DNA of 59,266 nucleotides, filler included, from Sphacelaria rigidula (lineage: Eukaryota), in NCBI GenBank assembly GCA_964200075.2. It is 5 parts of 5 records of this genome, joined end to end, with 100 filler letters (N's around TTAATTAATTAA, not from the genome) between each part and the next. Parts side by side here need not be neighbours in the genome. Positions count along the whole stretch, not along the records: positions 23,750 to 35,522 come from CAXNAA020004522.1; positions 35,623 to 47,394 come from CAXNAA020004523.1; 3 more parts are not named here. One strand, written 5' to 3'. The translations under genes were made by a program, and so were the position numbers. Shown in pieces: positions 23,750 through 37,325 of this stretch. Within the stretch, counting starts at the first letter, position 1, and each line of letters starts with the position of its first letter. Below the pieces are notes generated by a model, which saw nothing but the letters and a program-made list of their open reading frames with translations, was not told the origin of the DNA and did no database searches.

Positions 23750-25544
23750 CGTCTGGGCTTTGTAGGGATGCGAGGTCAATGGTCGTATGACTATGGCATG
23801 CATGATCATGAGTACATCCCCCGCGCGCGCGCGAACCTATTTTCCTGGGCGTGGTTGTTCGTCTTTCTTGGACGATATTCTTCCAACTGTTTCTCGAGAC
23901 GCAAGAACGGACCCTGGAGCACTTCCGCAGAAGGAGGTTTATCGACAGACAGACCGTGACGAGATCATATACCAACGTCGGCCATTGAGCATCGTCATTG
24001 GTGAGAAATTCGAGCCACAAAGCAGGTAACACGGGGCGTGATGGCCCAGCGTTTACGATACTCTATCGACTACAGCAATTTGCACAGGGCACCTTCATCC
24101 AGATTTTGAATCACCCTCCAAAATGTCCTCATCCCCGGGGTAGGCGATTTAGAATGCAAGAACATACATACGCTCGACCGATACGGAATTCGAAAACGTC
24201 TGAAAGCGAAAATACAAAATCATGTTTCCACATACATGACGAACTTACAAGAACTGGTGAACGGTTACGCGCGTAATATCGCCTTAACCCACACGCCCCA
24301 CCACTTGTTTGGACCCCCGCCATTTCCTCTGATTTTCGAGCTTGCGCTCAACAGCAGACCCGCTTTTTCGAAATCATAGGGGGAAACCGGACCGTCACTA
24401 CGGGTGTATTGGGCAAAACCCACAATTCCAAATCACGAAGCAGTGTTGTTGTTACTAAGAAGCCTAGAAAAAATGGGGGGGAGAAGAGGATTGCTGTTTA
24501 TAATTATCTCACCAATGTGTACTGATTTTGCACGTGCCACCAGTCCCACACAAACCTCTCCGAGTTCCCCTGCCTTGGGTTCGAAAATCTATCCTCGAAG
24601 ACGCCTCGTAGTGAAGACGCCGTTCCGCCTTCGAGAAATGAGTCCACCACAACCACGTGCTTAGAGACACTCTCCGAGAGGTCTCGTGATTCAGCGTTGC
24701 CGTCTGCTCTGGCGACCGCGGGTTCGTACCTGACCTCGCCGCAGAAAGGGGAAGAGAGCAGTAATGAAGGAAATAATGTATGAGCATCCTCCAGAATCGC
24801 GTTACATCTTGAACCCTTTGACCGCCGAGAATGTCTCCATCTGTTTGTTCCTCATCGTTTTCATGCGGAAAATTACTGCCGGGCGGAGGTTTTTTCCCCA
24901 CAAAGGGACAACACGTCGACTCCGAAGTAATGCGTGTAGCCATTCTTAGTCACTGCTTGCCACTGGAAGCGCTCGTGACGTGGGTGTGATGTGCAAAATT
25001 CCATTGAGCAAAGATCTCGAAACATTTTCGCAGCCAAGGGGTTCCTGGTCCCAGGCGACAGCTGTCAACATTATGCTGCTCAGACTAAGTGAACAGGGTC
25101 GTCAGTTTTGACTATGAGCGCTGGTTCTTGTGTTTTCTGTGCTGGCCCTAAAACCGCTACCCTGCTATAAGCCACAGAGGGCGGCCGCGGTGTCCACATT
25201 ATTGGTAAGCCCGAAACAGAAGGCATCAACAGCCAAAGCGCCAAAAGACCGCCTTGATCGTTTTTGAGCTCCTCTTCCTACAGGGTTACCGAACGCGCTA
25301 GCTTTTGTTGCACGAAGATCCGGGGGGTCGTAACTCAGCGGATCGCCCAGCACCCTCCTACACGCTCCCATATACCTATTTCGACTTTGCCGTTTGTGCA
25401 AGAATCAGGCTGACTATTTATGCTCTCGAGGCACAAAGATGATTTCGGGGATTGGGTCATGACGCCCCGTAAAAACGGCCATAGTTCTTCGTGCACGTCC
25501 CGCCGAGAGACCAGGAACACTAAAAAAAGGGGGGAAATAAATAC

Positions 25545-25994
25545 TCACGATGGTTGGGCGAAGAAGTCCGCAATCTCCTCCGGTGAAACATCTACCGTAC
25601 CCAACAGCTCCTCCCCCTCTTGCAGTTCCACGTCCGCATCCGCACTGATAACCTTTCCCATATCTTCGACGACCGGATCGTTGCCTACCCCGACCGTTGA
25701 GTCGGTGTCTCTCAGCACAGATCTAGGCGGTCGCGAAGATGGAAATTTGGCTGATGACCCAGCTCGTGTTGTGACTCGGCACGATAAAGATGAGGGGGAT
25801 GCAGAAGAGCTATGGCCCGCTGCTGCTGCTGCTGCTGTCTGCGACGAAACCCACCGATTATTTCCGTCAAGACTTCGTCTGCCGCTGTTGGAGGCCCACG
25901 TCACAGTTGGGACACCGAACGCCGCGACGCTTGGCACTGCGATGCCCCAAGCGATGCCCAGTAGTACTGGGCACAGTAGCCTCCCTGGCTTCAT
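25545..25994 (-). CDS. Unknown protein with bipartite plastid-targeting presequence (exon 1 or a single exon)
   Basis: MKPGRLLCPVLLGIAWGIAVPSVAA-FGVP: signal peptide plus ASAFAP-like cleavage, then a Ser/Arg/Ala-rich transit-like segment and an acidic region. A GTGAGT donor after 25549 overlaps the stop codon. No downstream exon identified. Confidence 0.6.
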   Translation of the reverse strand: MKPGRLLCPVLLGIAWGIAVPSVAAFGVPTVTWASNSGRRSLDGNNRWVSSQTAAAAAAGHSSSASPSSLSCRVTTRAGSSAKFPSSRPPRSVLRDTDSTVGVGNDPVVEDMGKVISADADVELQEGEELLGTVDVSPEEIADFFAQPS

Positions 25995-26239
25995 TCTGAT
26001 ATTCTGAATAACTGTGAGAGAGAGGGCCAGGCAAGTTGGGTAACTGCGTTCATGATTGAACTGACGCTTCTCATCGCATCATTCACGTCCACTGAGAATA
26101 CTTCAAGATAATAATGTCTCACACCGTGACACCCATCTAACCCTTGGACTGCGAGGTGTTACATTTTGGTCCATTTTTCTCGTCAAAGGAAAATTTTGCT
26201 ACGTCAATTTCATGTATTGATGATTCTCCGCTCAAGACC

Positions 26240-26710
26240 GCTCGCTCCTTACAACAGACGAAAAAAATATCTGGAAAAGTTCCTTCTTGGAGCTTCTACA
26301 TCATTTTACGCCTTGAGAGTGAGCTTAGCGGATTTTGACACCTTCGAATGACTTGCTCTACTAGTTGAGGCGGTTCCAGGGCATCTTCCCGTTCTCCGGT
26401 GGCCGCAGTTCTTGATTTGGCCAAACACGAAGTTTTGTCCAAGAACGGTCAAAAACAGCCAAATCTACAAAAAAACGCCACTTTTCTCTGGACTTGACCG
26501 TTCTTGGACAAAAATTCTTGTTTGGCCAAAACAAAAACTGCGACCACCGGAGAACGGGAAGATGTCCTGCAAATGTCTCGACTAGGAGTGCAAGTCATTC
26601 CAAGATGCCAAACTCCGCCTGTCTCTCTTTTAGGGCGTAAAACGATGTAGAAGCTCCAGAAAGGCACTTTTCCAGATTTTTATTTATCTCCGTTATAAGG
26701 AGCGGCCTAA
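26240..26710. mobile_element. Foldback-like palindromic element
   Basis: CGCTCCTTACAAC...ATCTGGAAAAG at the left versus CTTTTCCAGAT...GTTATAAGGAGCG at the right. The arms pair over most of the length. Confidence 0.75.
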
Positions 26711-29700
26711 GGTATCAAAATCTTCGCAGTTAAAGGGTAAAGTTTGCACCAGGTGCGAAGTGAGAAATACCTGTGCTGTTCAGATCGCGTTTCCGCGCGA
26801 AAAGGGGCTCGGACCAACTGGAAGCGGGGTACATGGACTTTCATATGTTGGTTGATGTAAAAAACTGCTCTGTGCCGATCGCACCAAAGTGCAGGCTATG
26901 TGAGGCCCGCGGAGTAGAGAGGGATGCGATCTTGGAGGGAATTACGATAAGCCCGTGTGCGGGAGCTCCTGTGCGCACAGTACCATACTCATTATGAACG
27001 ATCAAACATAGCATATACAATAAGGTGCAAGCATCAACAATAACATCGTAGTTGCCGGCTGCTAAGAAATTTCTTACTATGAGCCCAAGGTTCCTACTTT
27101 CTCAACACGTGAAAAGTCTCGACCTGAGAAATTGGACTGGATCTTTGGCCTTAAACTGATTCCTTCACACTAGATGTACGGTTGCCATCTTCGGATGACG
27201 CCATGTAGTACGGCTTCGAGCGTCACGCGACATAGTCACAGCGGGCCGCTACTGTAACGTGCCTCAGTCCCGCATGTACTCATGCGGCGTCACACTTACT
27301 GCTGATGTTTGGCACACACAAAAATAACAAAGATATGTTCAGCACGCGAGCATTTGGCTACTGACCCAGTGTGTGTTCACTGGTTCAGAGATCAACTGCC
27401 CACTTGTTCAACAAAATATACGGTGTGTGGTCGGTCCCAGCAAGAGACGTCAGAGATCTCCGGGGCTGCACCCCTCGCAAGCCTACCCGTTCAACGTCCA
27501 CTTCCGTCTCTCGAGTTCCTTACTTGAATGGCATATCTGACATATTTGTTTCACCGCACCCTGACCAACTCGGGGGGGGCTTTTTCTTTCATGCTTTCTG
27601 GACGTCTCTCTCTCTCTCTCTCTCATTGTTTTATACTGTTTGCTTCGGGATCTCAGAGGGAGCCCCTCAATAAGTGCTTTTACCCATGCAAGGAATAGCA
27701 GTGACTGTACTGGAAAGGCGAGCCTACGTCTGTGACCACAGGTTCGAGAGATCGGGCTAGTGCGCGGAAATACGAGCTGGGCCAGCCAAGAGTAGGTGTG
27801 AATCTCGCTCAGGCTACGCACGGTGCGATATCAGGAGTTGGACGCTGAAATTCTGACAGCCGCTTTTCATAGTCGAGTTGCAGAAGATCACGGGTCCAGA
27901 AAATAAAATAATAAAGAAATAAGAGGTTATGGGCATTTGAAATTTTAGCAAAAACAAGATAATGCCGTAAGTCCAGGAAAAAAAGGAGAATCTGCAGCTG
28001 GATAGGTGAAGTATCAGCCCCTTGGGCGCAGAGGGTCTTCCTGAAATTTCAGCTCAAGACTCGTCGAATTGGGCCGTGCGTTTAACATTTTCCGCGACGC
28101 TGCTGCACCCCTATTAATCAAGTGAGGGGAGACTTCAATTATGAAGGTCATGAGTTCGAATCCCGACAGATTATCTTTTTTTTCGTCCGTCGTTGAGGTT
28201 ATACATCATGCAGTACATTTTTTTTCATTTTTTTTCTTCATTCAGCGGCGGTGCCGTATGTCACCAGGTTGGTCTACATTTCACAATAATATGCTTACAT
28301 CGGGTCCATTCGGGAAACTGGGGAAGCTGCGGTGTGAGCAAGTTTTAGCAGCTTCTAAGCTGGCCCAGCTCGTAGTAATGTTGATGATTCTATCAACAAT
28401 CGACCGTCCAGGGAGTCGAGCCCCCGATATTTTCAACCACTAGCAGGTATTTAACCTCTGGACTAGCGAATGCTCGCCGCTATTGTGTGGAATGCTCACT
28501 TCAAGGAAAATTTGGCCTCTCACGCCAATATTAGGTACCAGATACTGGTGCGGTCGTGTTGTGTGTATCGTATAGAACACCTCTGGTGAGAAGTCTTGGC
28601 ACCTTGAATTTATCGGAAAATCTCGCATCTACTCCGCGGAAAAATATGCGTCATTGAGGGCGCCTCGTTGAAATAATAGATTTTTATGTACCTACTATGT
28701 TTTAGCGGTGAAGGAGTTGTCTCGTCGAAGAAACCGACGTCGAACGACCGAGCAACAGGCACGGTTATCACAGAAGTTATAGGAGGTGTTATACTACGTG
28801 ACCTACAATACAACTCGCAACAACCATCACCGCAAACGGGACAGCACTTGTGGATACATAACAATTTCCATCCAATTGGTCACTTCTGCTCATCTGCCCT
28901 TAACCTTATCTAATACACGAAATAATAGTAGAAAATAATGGATACATCACGCGTGCATTCGCTGTGCTGTCTCCAGACCGCACAACCCGTTCTTATCAAA
29001 ACATGGCACTTCATATTTGCGTGCGAAATCAAGACCTTTTTTTTCAGCCATTTTCAGTCTTAACAAAAGCGAGTATGTAGCGTCTTCCCCGTTATGAGGC
29101 ACATACCTCGCGCTGCTATCGCCTGCTTGTATCCCACAGTACGCCTTCTCTCACCGGTCGTTTCACGATCAGCTGTTGTACACAGTACTGCAGTCTCCAA
29201 GCCTTAGGCGGCGAAACCGTCAAACGTCGGCGATTTATGTTTCGGTTCGTCTTTCGAGGCGGTCCGACAACGATCTCTTCGAACATGTTTTCAAATCGTT
29301 CATACGGCACAGGTGGGCGACCGACAGTACTGGGTGATCAGCAACCTTATGAGGCGACCCGACCGAAGCTCATTCTCAGCCGCCGCCAGGCCATGTCTAC
29401 CCCACTCAAGATCCGAGATTGAGATAATGGTAGCTCGAAGAAAAGCCGGTGTGTTGTATCAATAATGCTTACATTCGGCCCAGATAACGTCTTCTTGGTT
29501 CGTGGCACTACCTGCATGGTTGGGCAGTTCAGTAGCACACAATGCCCTAGCAAATCGTCTTCAGTCGTGGCCATACATATTTCTAGTTGGGACTCCTAGC
29601 CATGGCTTGTGTAGATCTGTTCGGTGTGTTAGTCGAAATTTCCTTGTGTGTGTCACCAGGACACAATTCGCGGTGTGGGCGTATATAAGATTTTCAGGCT

Positions 29701-29775
29701 TGTTGCACAGTCTATGTAGTATGGGGATTTCGACGCGGACGACTTGGAGCCCAATTCAGCGAGTCACAGTTATTA

Positions 29776-29984
29776 TAGGCTTCTACTTATCATGCTAGCA
29801 TCATTTCTGGCATAATTTCACCTTGGTAGCATGAAAAGCGCGTTTCAGCAAGTAGCATAAATAGTATAGCGTTTCAGCACGTAGCAATAAATAGCATGGC
29901 GTTTCAGTAAGTAACAGTGGAGCATGATTCCCACGGTAGGAGCATAATCCAGCATAATTTTTCACCGAGGGGGTGGGAACACTG
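29776..29984. mobile_element. hAT-like MITE with AGCAT subterminal repeats
   Basis: TAGGCTTCTACT...GTGGGAACACTG. Inverted copy at 31999-32172. Confidence 0.65.
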
Positions 29985-30427
29985 ATCTAAGGCTACTTCT
30001 TACGTATAAAATAACACTTTGTCAGGAAAGCTCTTTTTCAACAACACGTATTCCAAGATAATTTTTCAAAGTAGCCCTTCTTACGTGATCGACGCACTAT
30101 CAACATTGAAAACGCAGTGTTCATCGTTTTCTATCAGGTGTGCAGGCATCATTTCAAATTCTGGGTCGCGCGAGAGAGACGCGGCACTCGGCTGTCTTGT
30201 CGTGGTGTACGGTCCGTACTGACTATCTGTACTACTGTGATATATTGCCTGAGCAATGCATGGTGGGCCGCGTGACGCAAGACCATCAGTAAGAACACCG
30301 CCTTGCTGTACCAACTGACTGTAGAAGTGACGGTTGTGCTTTTTCACTGCACGGTAGTACTTGACTGAAAGGACAGCACACACAATGGTACACACGACAG
30401 TGCTGTATTGCATGCATCGGCTGTAGT

Positions 30428-30845
30428 ACTACAACAGTAGCACTGTTCATAGTCCCGTGTGTACTGTCATTACGGTCTTGTATCTACAAAGCTTTGGTGC
30501 GTAGGCAGTCTGTACTACAAAGCGTCGTCTGTTCAGAACAAGGCGCATGCACAGATCTCAACTGAGCTCCAAGTTCGCTGCACTGTTATAGTACTCGGTT
30601 GTACGGGCAGCATAGACAACAGTACAGACACTACTACTGTTGTGTTGTATGCGTAGGATCTACCACAGTAGTAGCACTACCTATCTCATAGTCTTGTGTG
30701 TACTGTCAGTCTGATCCTGCCTCTACAAGGCTTAGGTGCGTGGGCAGTCTGTAAAGCAATGCGACGGCTGTTGTTGACGACACGCTGCGTGCACAGACCT
30801 GAACTGAGCTACAATTTTGTACGGACGACATACAGCATAGACTGT
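30428..30845. repeat. Diverged ~235-bp tandem duplication
   Basis: CATAGTCYYGTGTGTACTGTCA...TCTACAARGCTTWGGTGCGTRGGCAGTCTGTA occurs at ~30448 and ~30687. Confidence 0.65.
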
Positions 30846-31467
30846 CCTGTCTGTACAGCAGTCGTCATCGACCCTGCCCTCTGCTGTTATCATGGGGTGA
30901 AGGGCCACCACGCTACTGGCGAGCGAAGGACAATGATGCAACACGCTGAATGCCCAGGAGGACCGGCGACAGCATTAGTAGTGATGGCAGCCAAGCCATT
31001 ACAGGTGCTGTCGTGGGCTGTAATGTTTATTCAAACGTGTTCAAACGAGGTTCAAACGCTTTTTCGATAACGTTTTTCGATAGCCCCAAGGTTGTCAGAA
31101 AATCGTGATTTTCTGAAAATTTGGGCTATCGGAAAATGTTATCAGAAAAAATTCTATCAGAAAACGCGTTTTCTGATGATGTTTTTTTATACATACGAAG
31201 TAGCCTACATGCTGGCCTGCTGTGATAGTTTGGGCGAAACTTTGCTATCCTCGACCGCGGGTTTGAAAGACGTGTATGCCCTGGAACTATAATAGTCCTT
31301 CAAACTGTCAGTCTGATCGATGGCAGGTCTGAAGAACGTTTTTATGGAAGACACGACACAAAATATAAACACGTGCAATGTATTGTACAGTATAAACTCT
31401 GACCACCTCGCTCTCTGTTGTATTTAAGGAGCACTGCCGCGGCAATGTGATCACTAAGAGTTTGCTC

Positions 31468-31971
31468 CTATCTACTATCCAGGCACGCCCAGAGGATAGA
31501 GAGCACTCGCTCTATGAAGCATGACGATGGCTGGATGAGCGCCAGGTCCATCGCCACGTTGTGCCAAGCTGGCAGACGGCTCCTGTTGTCCCTCCAAAAC
31601 GTCAATAGGTCGTGTTCAGCATCGACGTCGGTTGCCGCTACGCGATATTCGTCCCTTTCGATGACGAGCTTGTCGACGACGTCATTCGTCACAAACAGAA
31701 ACACCGCCAACGCACTGATGTCGTCCTTCGTGTACATGTGTTGCTTCATGTACGTGAACTTTGCGAGCTTGGCAGTTTTGAAGAGTTTCATGTTTGTCGC
31801 CTCCGAGCAGGTCTCCTGGTACCCAATGCGATCGTTGGCGTACACACGTACCTCGTGGACTCTATCCTGCATTTCAGACCTGCCATCGATTAGATTGGCA
31901 GTTTGAATGACTAGTTCCAGGGCATACACGTCTTTTAGACCCACGGTACAGATAGCAGAGTTCTCACCCAA
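31468..31971 (-). pseudogene. hAT transposase C-terminal dimerisation domain remnant
   Basis: DLLTFWRDNRSRLPAWHNVAMDLALIQPSSCFIERVLS matches the hAT dimerisation motif (W...P...A..L....SS..ER.FS). Confidence 0.8.
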
Positions 31972-31998
31972 AATATCACAGCAGGCCAGGATTTAGAC

Positions 31999-32172
31999 CA
32001 GTGTTCCCACCCCTACGTTAAAACAAATATGCTCAATTATGCACCTACCGTGGAAATTATGCTCGATTATGCTACTCGCTGAAACGCTATGCTATTTATG
32101 CTACCAAGATGGAGTTATGCCAGAAATTGTGCCAGCATAAATAATTATGCCAGCATAATAAGTAGAAGCCTG
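31999..32172. mobile_element. hAT-like MITE (inverted copy of 29776-29984)
   Basis: CAGTGTTCCCAC...AGTAGAAGCCTG. Confidence 0.65.
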
Positions 32173-35100
32173 CTGCCTGTACATACTGCGAAGGACGTGT
32201 GAGCTATGCGACTTTGGCCAACTTGCTGTTCAAACGGGACACTATACGGGGGGAAGGAGCGCAGTCGGTGACTAACCAATTCGCCTCATTTGAGGAACGT
32301 CGCCCCCTCCCATATCACCATCCATCTCGTCTCTGCCAGCCTCACAATCGTTTTTTGTCACGTTTGTCCAACTTCGTCCCTTGCAAGACTATCAAATGAG
32401 GGGAAAATTGACGCAGAAGATGTTGATCTGGACAGAGTGTACCAGACCGGGCCCAAGCGACTGACAAGATAAGATTCCTCCCACTCGTGCCATGACCCTG
32501 ACCCCATGTGGCCCATGGAAAAAAATACTCTCCAACCCCGCAGTCACAGCTATGTGTAGGGCATGTAGCGCGCAGCCAATCCGCACAGCGTGGACCTCTT
32601 GATCGTCAACATCACCGACATCGTTCTCAGTACTTTTCACATGCGCGACGCTGCTGCTCATGGTCTCCAAGTTTCCGTACTTTTTGTTGTAGCATCATAT
32701 CAGGCACGCCTTTCACTGCAGTTGCGCTGGTGTGTGGCGACCACAGCTGCTGCTGTTCGTGTTCTTGTCTTGTTATCTTTGCAATGGCGGTAAACGTGGG
32801 GTGGCCACTCGGGGTGCGTGCTTCCCGAGGAGTACAGCAGCTAGACACAAGTGCACCAAGAGTTTCCACCCACCGATCTGGAGCGAGTTATCCGGAGGGA
32901 CAATATCATCTCAACACCTACTACTCAAAAATCTCATCTCAACACCTACATTTGTAGTACATTTCATGTGGGCCAGGTCGTTGTTCTGAGGTGACGCGTG
33001 TATTTTTTATTGACATGATTCGCCCGATTACGGTCCAATCCTTGGGCATATAGCGTTCGCAATTCATTTTCACGAAATATAGTACCCGAAATCGGCCCCC
33101 ATGCCCACCCATAACAGTACAGTCAGTGAGTACGATGAAGTCTGAAGCCTGCAGCAAGGCAGGCTGGCGTACTGTCACGGTATTCACCCCTTTTTGCGAA
33201 TCATCCTACGATAGGAGTGGGGAGGGAGAGGGGCTATTTTGGGCCATTTATTTCGCGACAATGCCACTTCAAATCGTCGTTGACAGCAGCAACTTTTGTT
33301 CGAACGCGATTCGTATCGGTACCACACAATCATCATACTGCTTGACACCGTTTTCACCTAATATAAGCGCACGGCGAGTGTGTTATCGCATCCTTTCGAT
33401 CGAAAAATAATTTGGTGAGACCCGGCCTCACAAAAGCCAAATTGGCGAGCGAAAAGATGCGCCTGATTGATTTTGCCATGTTACTCGTTTTGATTCCAGA
33501 TGGATGGATGTCACAGAGCTCGGCAAAAAACGGAAATGGATGTTCTCAACAACGCCCAAGAATATCACACCTCACTTCAAGCTGTGCACACGTAGATCAC
33601 GAGGAACATGGCGCTCCACAGTAGCTCTCAACCAGCCGGTTGATTGTGTGCTTGGTGTCGTTTCAGTTGGCCGTAAATGAAGCAGCATTGTGCGTTTCAA
33701 GGCATGCTCTTCCAAGGTGCGCTTCGCTTGCCCTGAAAGACGATGAAGTCATTTCTTGAGGCGTGCGAGTTAAGTACTTGGGCTCGCCGCACGGTTAAAA
33801 GAAATCGGATTCAGGAAATTCGAGGCATATTGCCCAAGTCCGCTAGTTGTGCCTAAGGCTGCTAATAACTGCCGTGGCAAGACTGCCTTAGCAAGCGTGA
33901 GGCGTGCCTTAGTTGGTGTGAGAGCCTTAGGAAGCCTAATATATGCCTTGGCAATGAGATTTACCTCAGCAACCTTGCGCGTACCTTAGTTGACGTGAGA
34001 ATGCCAACTCATGTCTAGCGTTTGCCTTGTTTTTTGTGAGTCTTCTTGATAATACACCCAAAATGTGCCGCACTATGCGAAAGCTGGCCTAAATAAGCCC
34101 GAGACTCAGCCCAAAAGGCACAGTAGTACTCAAGAATGCTTTGATATGGCCTATGGTGGATTTGGATCCTTAAATGGCTAATTTTAGCGCCCGGCATTCC
34201 TCCAAATTTGATACACCTTGGACATGTATGCACCTTGCTGTGCCTGCTGTTACCAATAGAAAACTACATTTATGCATGTACTGATTGCAGGTAGCTCATC
34301 GGTGAATGACTTGGGGTACCTACCGGTGTAATATAAGTATGTGTATAGTCGTCACGCATCTGATTCAAGAACATTTCGATCGAAAGCGACTATCTTAAGT
34401 TTTTTGGTCGCGAAGACTCGTCACAGTGAATCATGCCTCTAAAAATTAAGGAATGAACGTTATTTGTAACGGACACGAATGTTCAACACAATACAAGTTC
34501 TACGATGATTTTTTAACGCCTCACGGGCTAGTCGGTCGTCGAGGGTCCCACTAGTATATAGCTCCAGGTTCTGATCCCGCCATTTACAGGCACACATGCC
34601 AGACCCCTGACACCGTCGGAGGTACAGCAGCTACGGTTCACCGCCGTATGGGGCTATGCTTCTTCAGAGGCATGAGGGCGATGTTGAACGGGCAACAGGA
34701 ATATGCACAAAAGTGTATCGCTTCATTTTCCCACCAAAACTGTCAGTTTGATTGACGCAGTTGTCCGAAAACAGATAGGCAGGTCCTTGTAAGGCACGTC
34801 TCAAGTCGTGTCTAAGTTCGGGCTTGCCTAAGTCACTAAGTTGTCTGCCTTGGGGCGTCCGACGAATGGCTGAATGTGTACGGAACACCCGGTCAAGCGT
34901 GCCTGTTAACGATTGAATAGACTCGCTACTGCAGCTGACTTATGATTTATGTCGTTGGAAGCGCAGGGAAATAGTGAGTAGCAAAACAGTTTGCTCGACC
35001 GAGTCGGTTGATGGTGCGGGAGCGCTGATTCAATTCGCGAGATCAAAATGTAAGGCGTGTACCGAGGGAGAGATGGGCTGACTGATCCCTTGAGGCCGCA

Positions 35101-35199
35101 GACTCGTCCTGGGGACGGAAAGGAGTTGAAAGTGTAACGGATTAGTTGTGGTAGTAGGTATGTTGAGGGGGTGATGTATATATATATATATATATAAAT

Positions 35200-35451
35200 G
35201 TCGCACTTTGAACCCCTCCGCTCCCTCTGGACGAGTCCGTGGTCTCAAGGGATCAACCCATCTCTCCCCGGTACACGCCTCGCATTTCGGTCTCGTGGAT
35301 TGGGTCATGACTATCAGCACTCCCACACCGCGTCAACTCACGTCAAACAAACTCAGTCAGCTACTTTGTCCACTCACTTTCTCACGCTTTCCACGGTGGA
35401 AATCAGATACTATGAAGAAAAACACCCAACTCATCGCGAATCGAACCCCCG
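35200..35451 (-). mobile_element. tRNA-derived SINE, family A
   Basis: Conserved CGAGTCCGTGGTCTCAAGGGATCAACC core. The right end GAATCGAACCC is a B box (GGGTTCGATTC) on the minus strand. Other copies at 52330-52640 and 57541-57900, partial copies at ~15927, ~42073 and ~57062. Confidence 0.75.
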
Positions 35452-35522
35452 TTCTGTAGCCAAAATACACCAAGGCGTAGTAGATGTAGCATGTAGGATC
35501 CTGGATGATGACCAGGGGACAA

Positions 35523-35622
35523 NNNNNNNNNNNNNNNNNNNNNNNNNNNNNNNNNNNNNNNNNNNNTTAATTAATTAANNNNNNNNNNNNNNNNNNNNNN
35601 NNNNNNNNNNNNNNNNNNNNNN
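35523..35622. other. Artificial contig spacer
   Basis: N44-TTAATTAATTAA-N44. Confidence 0.98.
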
Positions 35623-35952
35623 AAATTCATTCGGGATATCCCCAGCACCTTGGCGTAGTAATCCTGGCGTACTCTCATATATTTTCATAGGTCGTGTTTT
35701 GCATGAGATAAAGGGCTCCCAACAATATTTTCTGAGGTTTTAATTGTTAGAAGCCCGGTATCACATCCAAAACACCACTTCCGCAATACGTGAGGGTACG
35801 CCAGGATTACTATTTCAATGTGCTAGAGATATCTCGAATGAACTTGCAAACGGGGATGCCCTGGCCCATATTCTCGTGCAGTCTAGAATCGTCAGGAGCC
35901 CCTGAACCAGACAAGATTTCGCGCAAAAAGTGCACCCCTACCGTAGCATCGC
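35623..35952. mobile_element. Partial MITE (CCCCTACCGTAGCAT terminus family)
   Basis: Homologous to 41491-42019. Confidence 0.65.
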
Positions 35953-35969
35953 TCGGTCGTTAGGATGGG

Positions 35970-36620
35970 ACACGTACCCCGGATCCTGGTCCTGGAGTTC
36001 GAGGGTATTCGGAGAATCCAGTATCCCAGGGTAGGCAGATGATCGACAACCGAAAATACTGAATGCCTCCGGGTACCTTGGGTACTCGCCTCCAAATTTG
36101 ACCGGCTTGTTACCTAGAACACAGAGTGCAAGGACGGAGTAGATCGAGTACTCAGAGTACCGCCCGATGGTCCAATGTACAGAATTACTCCGGGTACTTG
36201 GGGTATCCGCCTAGCAGAATACGCGGTCTGTTACTCGGAAATCGGAGCACAAGCACTGGATATTCCGGGTAGTCACAGCACCGCCTGCCGACAGTACTCA
36301 GTGGTCAAGGACACGCAGGGGTATTGAGCGTCAAAAGTACCCAGTACTCAACGGTAACCAGTGTTCCCATCGCCGGATATACTGAGTGTCTCAGGGTACC
36401 TCGAGTGCCCACTCCGAGGAATACCCTGTGTAGTATCCGGAGTACTCAGTACTTCTCCTGAGTCCTCCGGGTACCAAGGACGCCGACTGCCGAAAGTACT
36501 CCGTATCCCAAGGCACCCGTGGTTTTGACAGCCGACAAAAATCGGTGTTCTAGAGTACCCGAGGTATCGACACCCCCAAAATACTCTGCCTTGTACCCTA
36601 CCCTGCCCTGCCCTGCCCAC
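35970..36620. repeat. GTAC/GAGTAC-rich repeat element
   Basis: Dense GGGTAC/GAGTACTC/GTACCC motifs with loosely mirrored orientation. Similar motifs at ~10600-10880. Confidence 0.5.
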
Positions 36621-36683
36621 ATGTCTGATCATCCATGTATTACGTACGAAGCTCATATTTTTTCAGATACATTTACAACTACC

Positions 36684-36989
36684 CGAAACAACGTTTTCGT
36701 GAGATTGAGAGTAGAGCGCTGATTAAGAGTGGTTTTGATCATGCGCTTTACCTTGGCCAACTTTACATCCCGTGTGTGCTTTTCTTCGCCTCTATCACTG
36801 GCGTGTGCTTACAGCTACACGTTGATATCCTACTCAGGAATATCGAGGGCCTCAGTGGCGAGCTACTACAAAATGTATCTCGGATCTCGTAGAGAGGCAT
36901 TTCGGAACTGAAACGATTTATACATTAATTGACCGCGTTTCACTCTCAATCGTATCCTGTACTCTCAATCTCACGAAAACATTGTTCCG
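36684..36989. mobile_element. MITE with ~30-bp TIRs
   Basis: CGAAACAACGTTTTCGTGAGATTGAGAGTA versus TACTCTCAATCTCACGAAAACATTGTTCCG. Diverged inverted copy at 37326-37640. Confidence 0.8.
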
Positions 36990-37325
36990 ACTGGTAGCGT
37001 TTGAAAACTGGTGTAGCGCTCCCTGTTCACCTGACCAGCTTCTCGGAAAGGGAAAGATTCAATCTGTGAGCATATGCGAGTTGAAGGCCGAGTACTTTCT
37101 ATACAAGTGGTGTAAAAATGGATATTTCTCGAAAGTGCAAAGGCCCCCAGAAGGAATCTAAAGTTCTCCACGTGCTGGACAAGCTCTCAAATGATTGATC
37201 ATCTCCGAACCACGCTTAAGCTCCACATGACTATCTCTGAACCGGACGGCAAGAAGTGAAGATCTCATAATATCGTCTCTGAACCGGGCACAAGCCACAT
37301 CACCATCCTCCAACCCGACGGCAAA

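Noticed and set aside
25420..26007. 195-aa plus-strand ORF
   Set aside because: Antisense shadow of the signal-peptide-bearing minus-strand exon.
28105..28170. tRNA gene (GAGTTCGAATCCC T-loop motif)
   Set aside because: No convincing cloverleaf or acceptor stem. Probably a decayed SINE head.
29116..29574. Possible transposase fragment on the minus strand
   Set aside because: Interrupted by stops, with no diagnostic motif I can assign.
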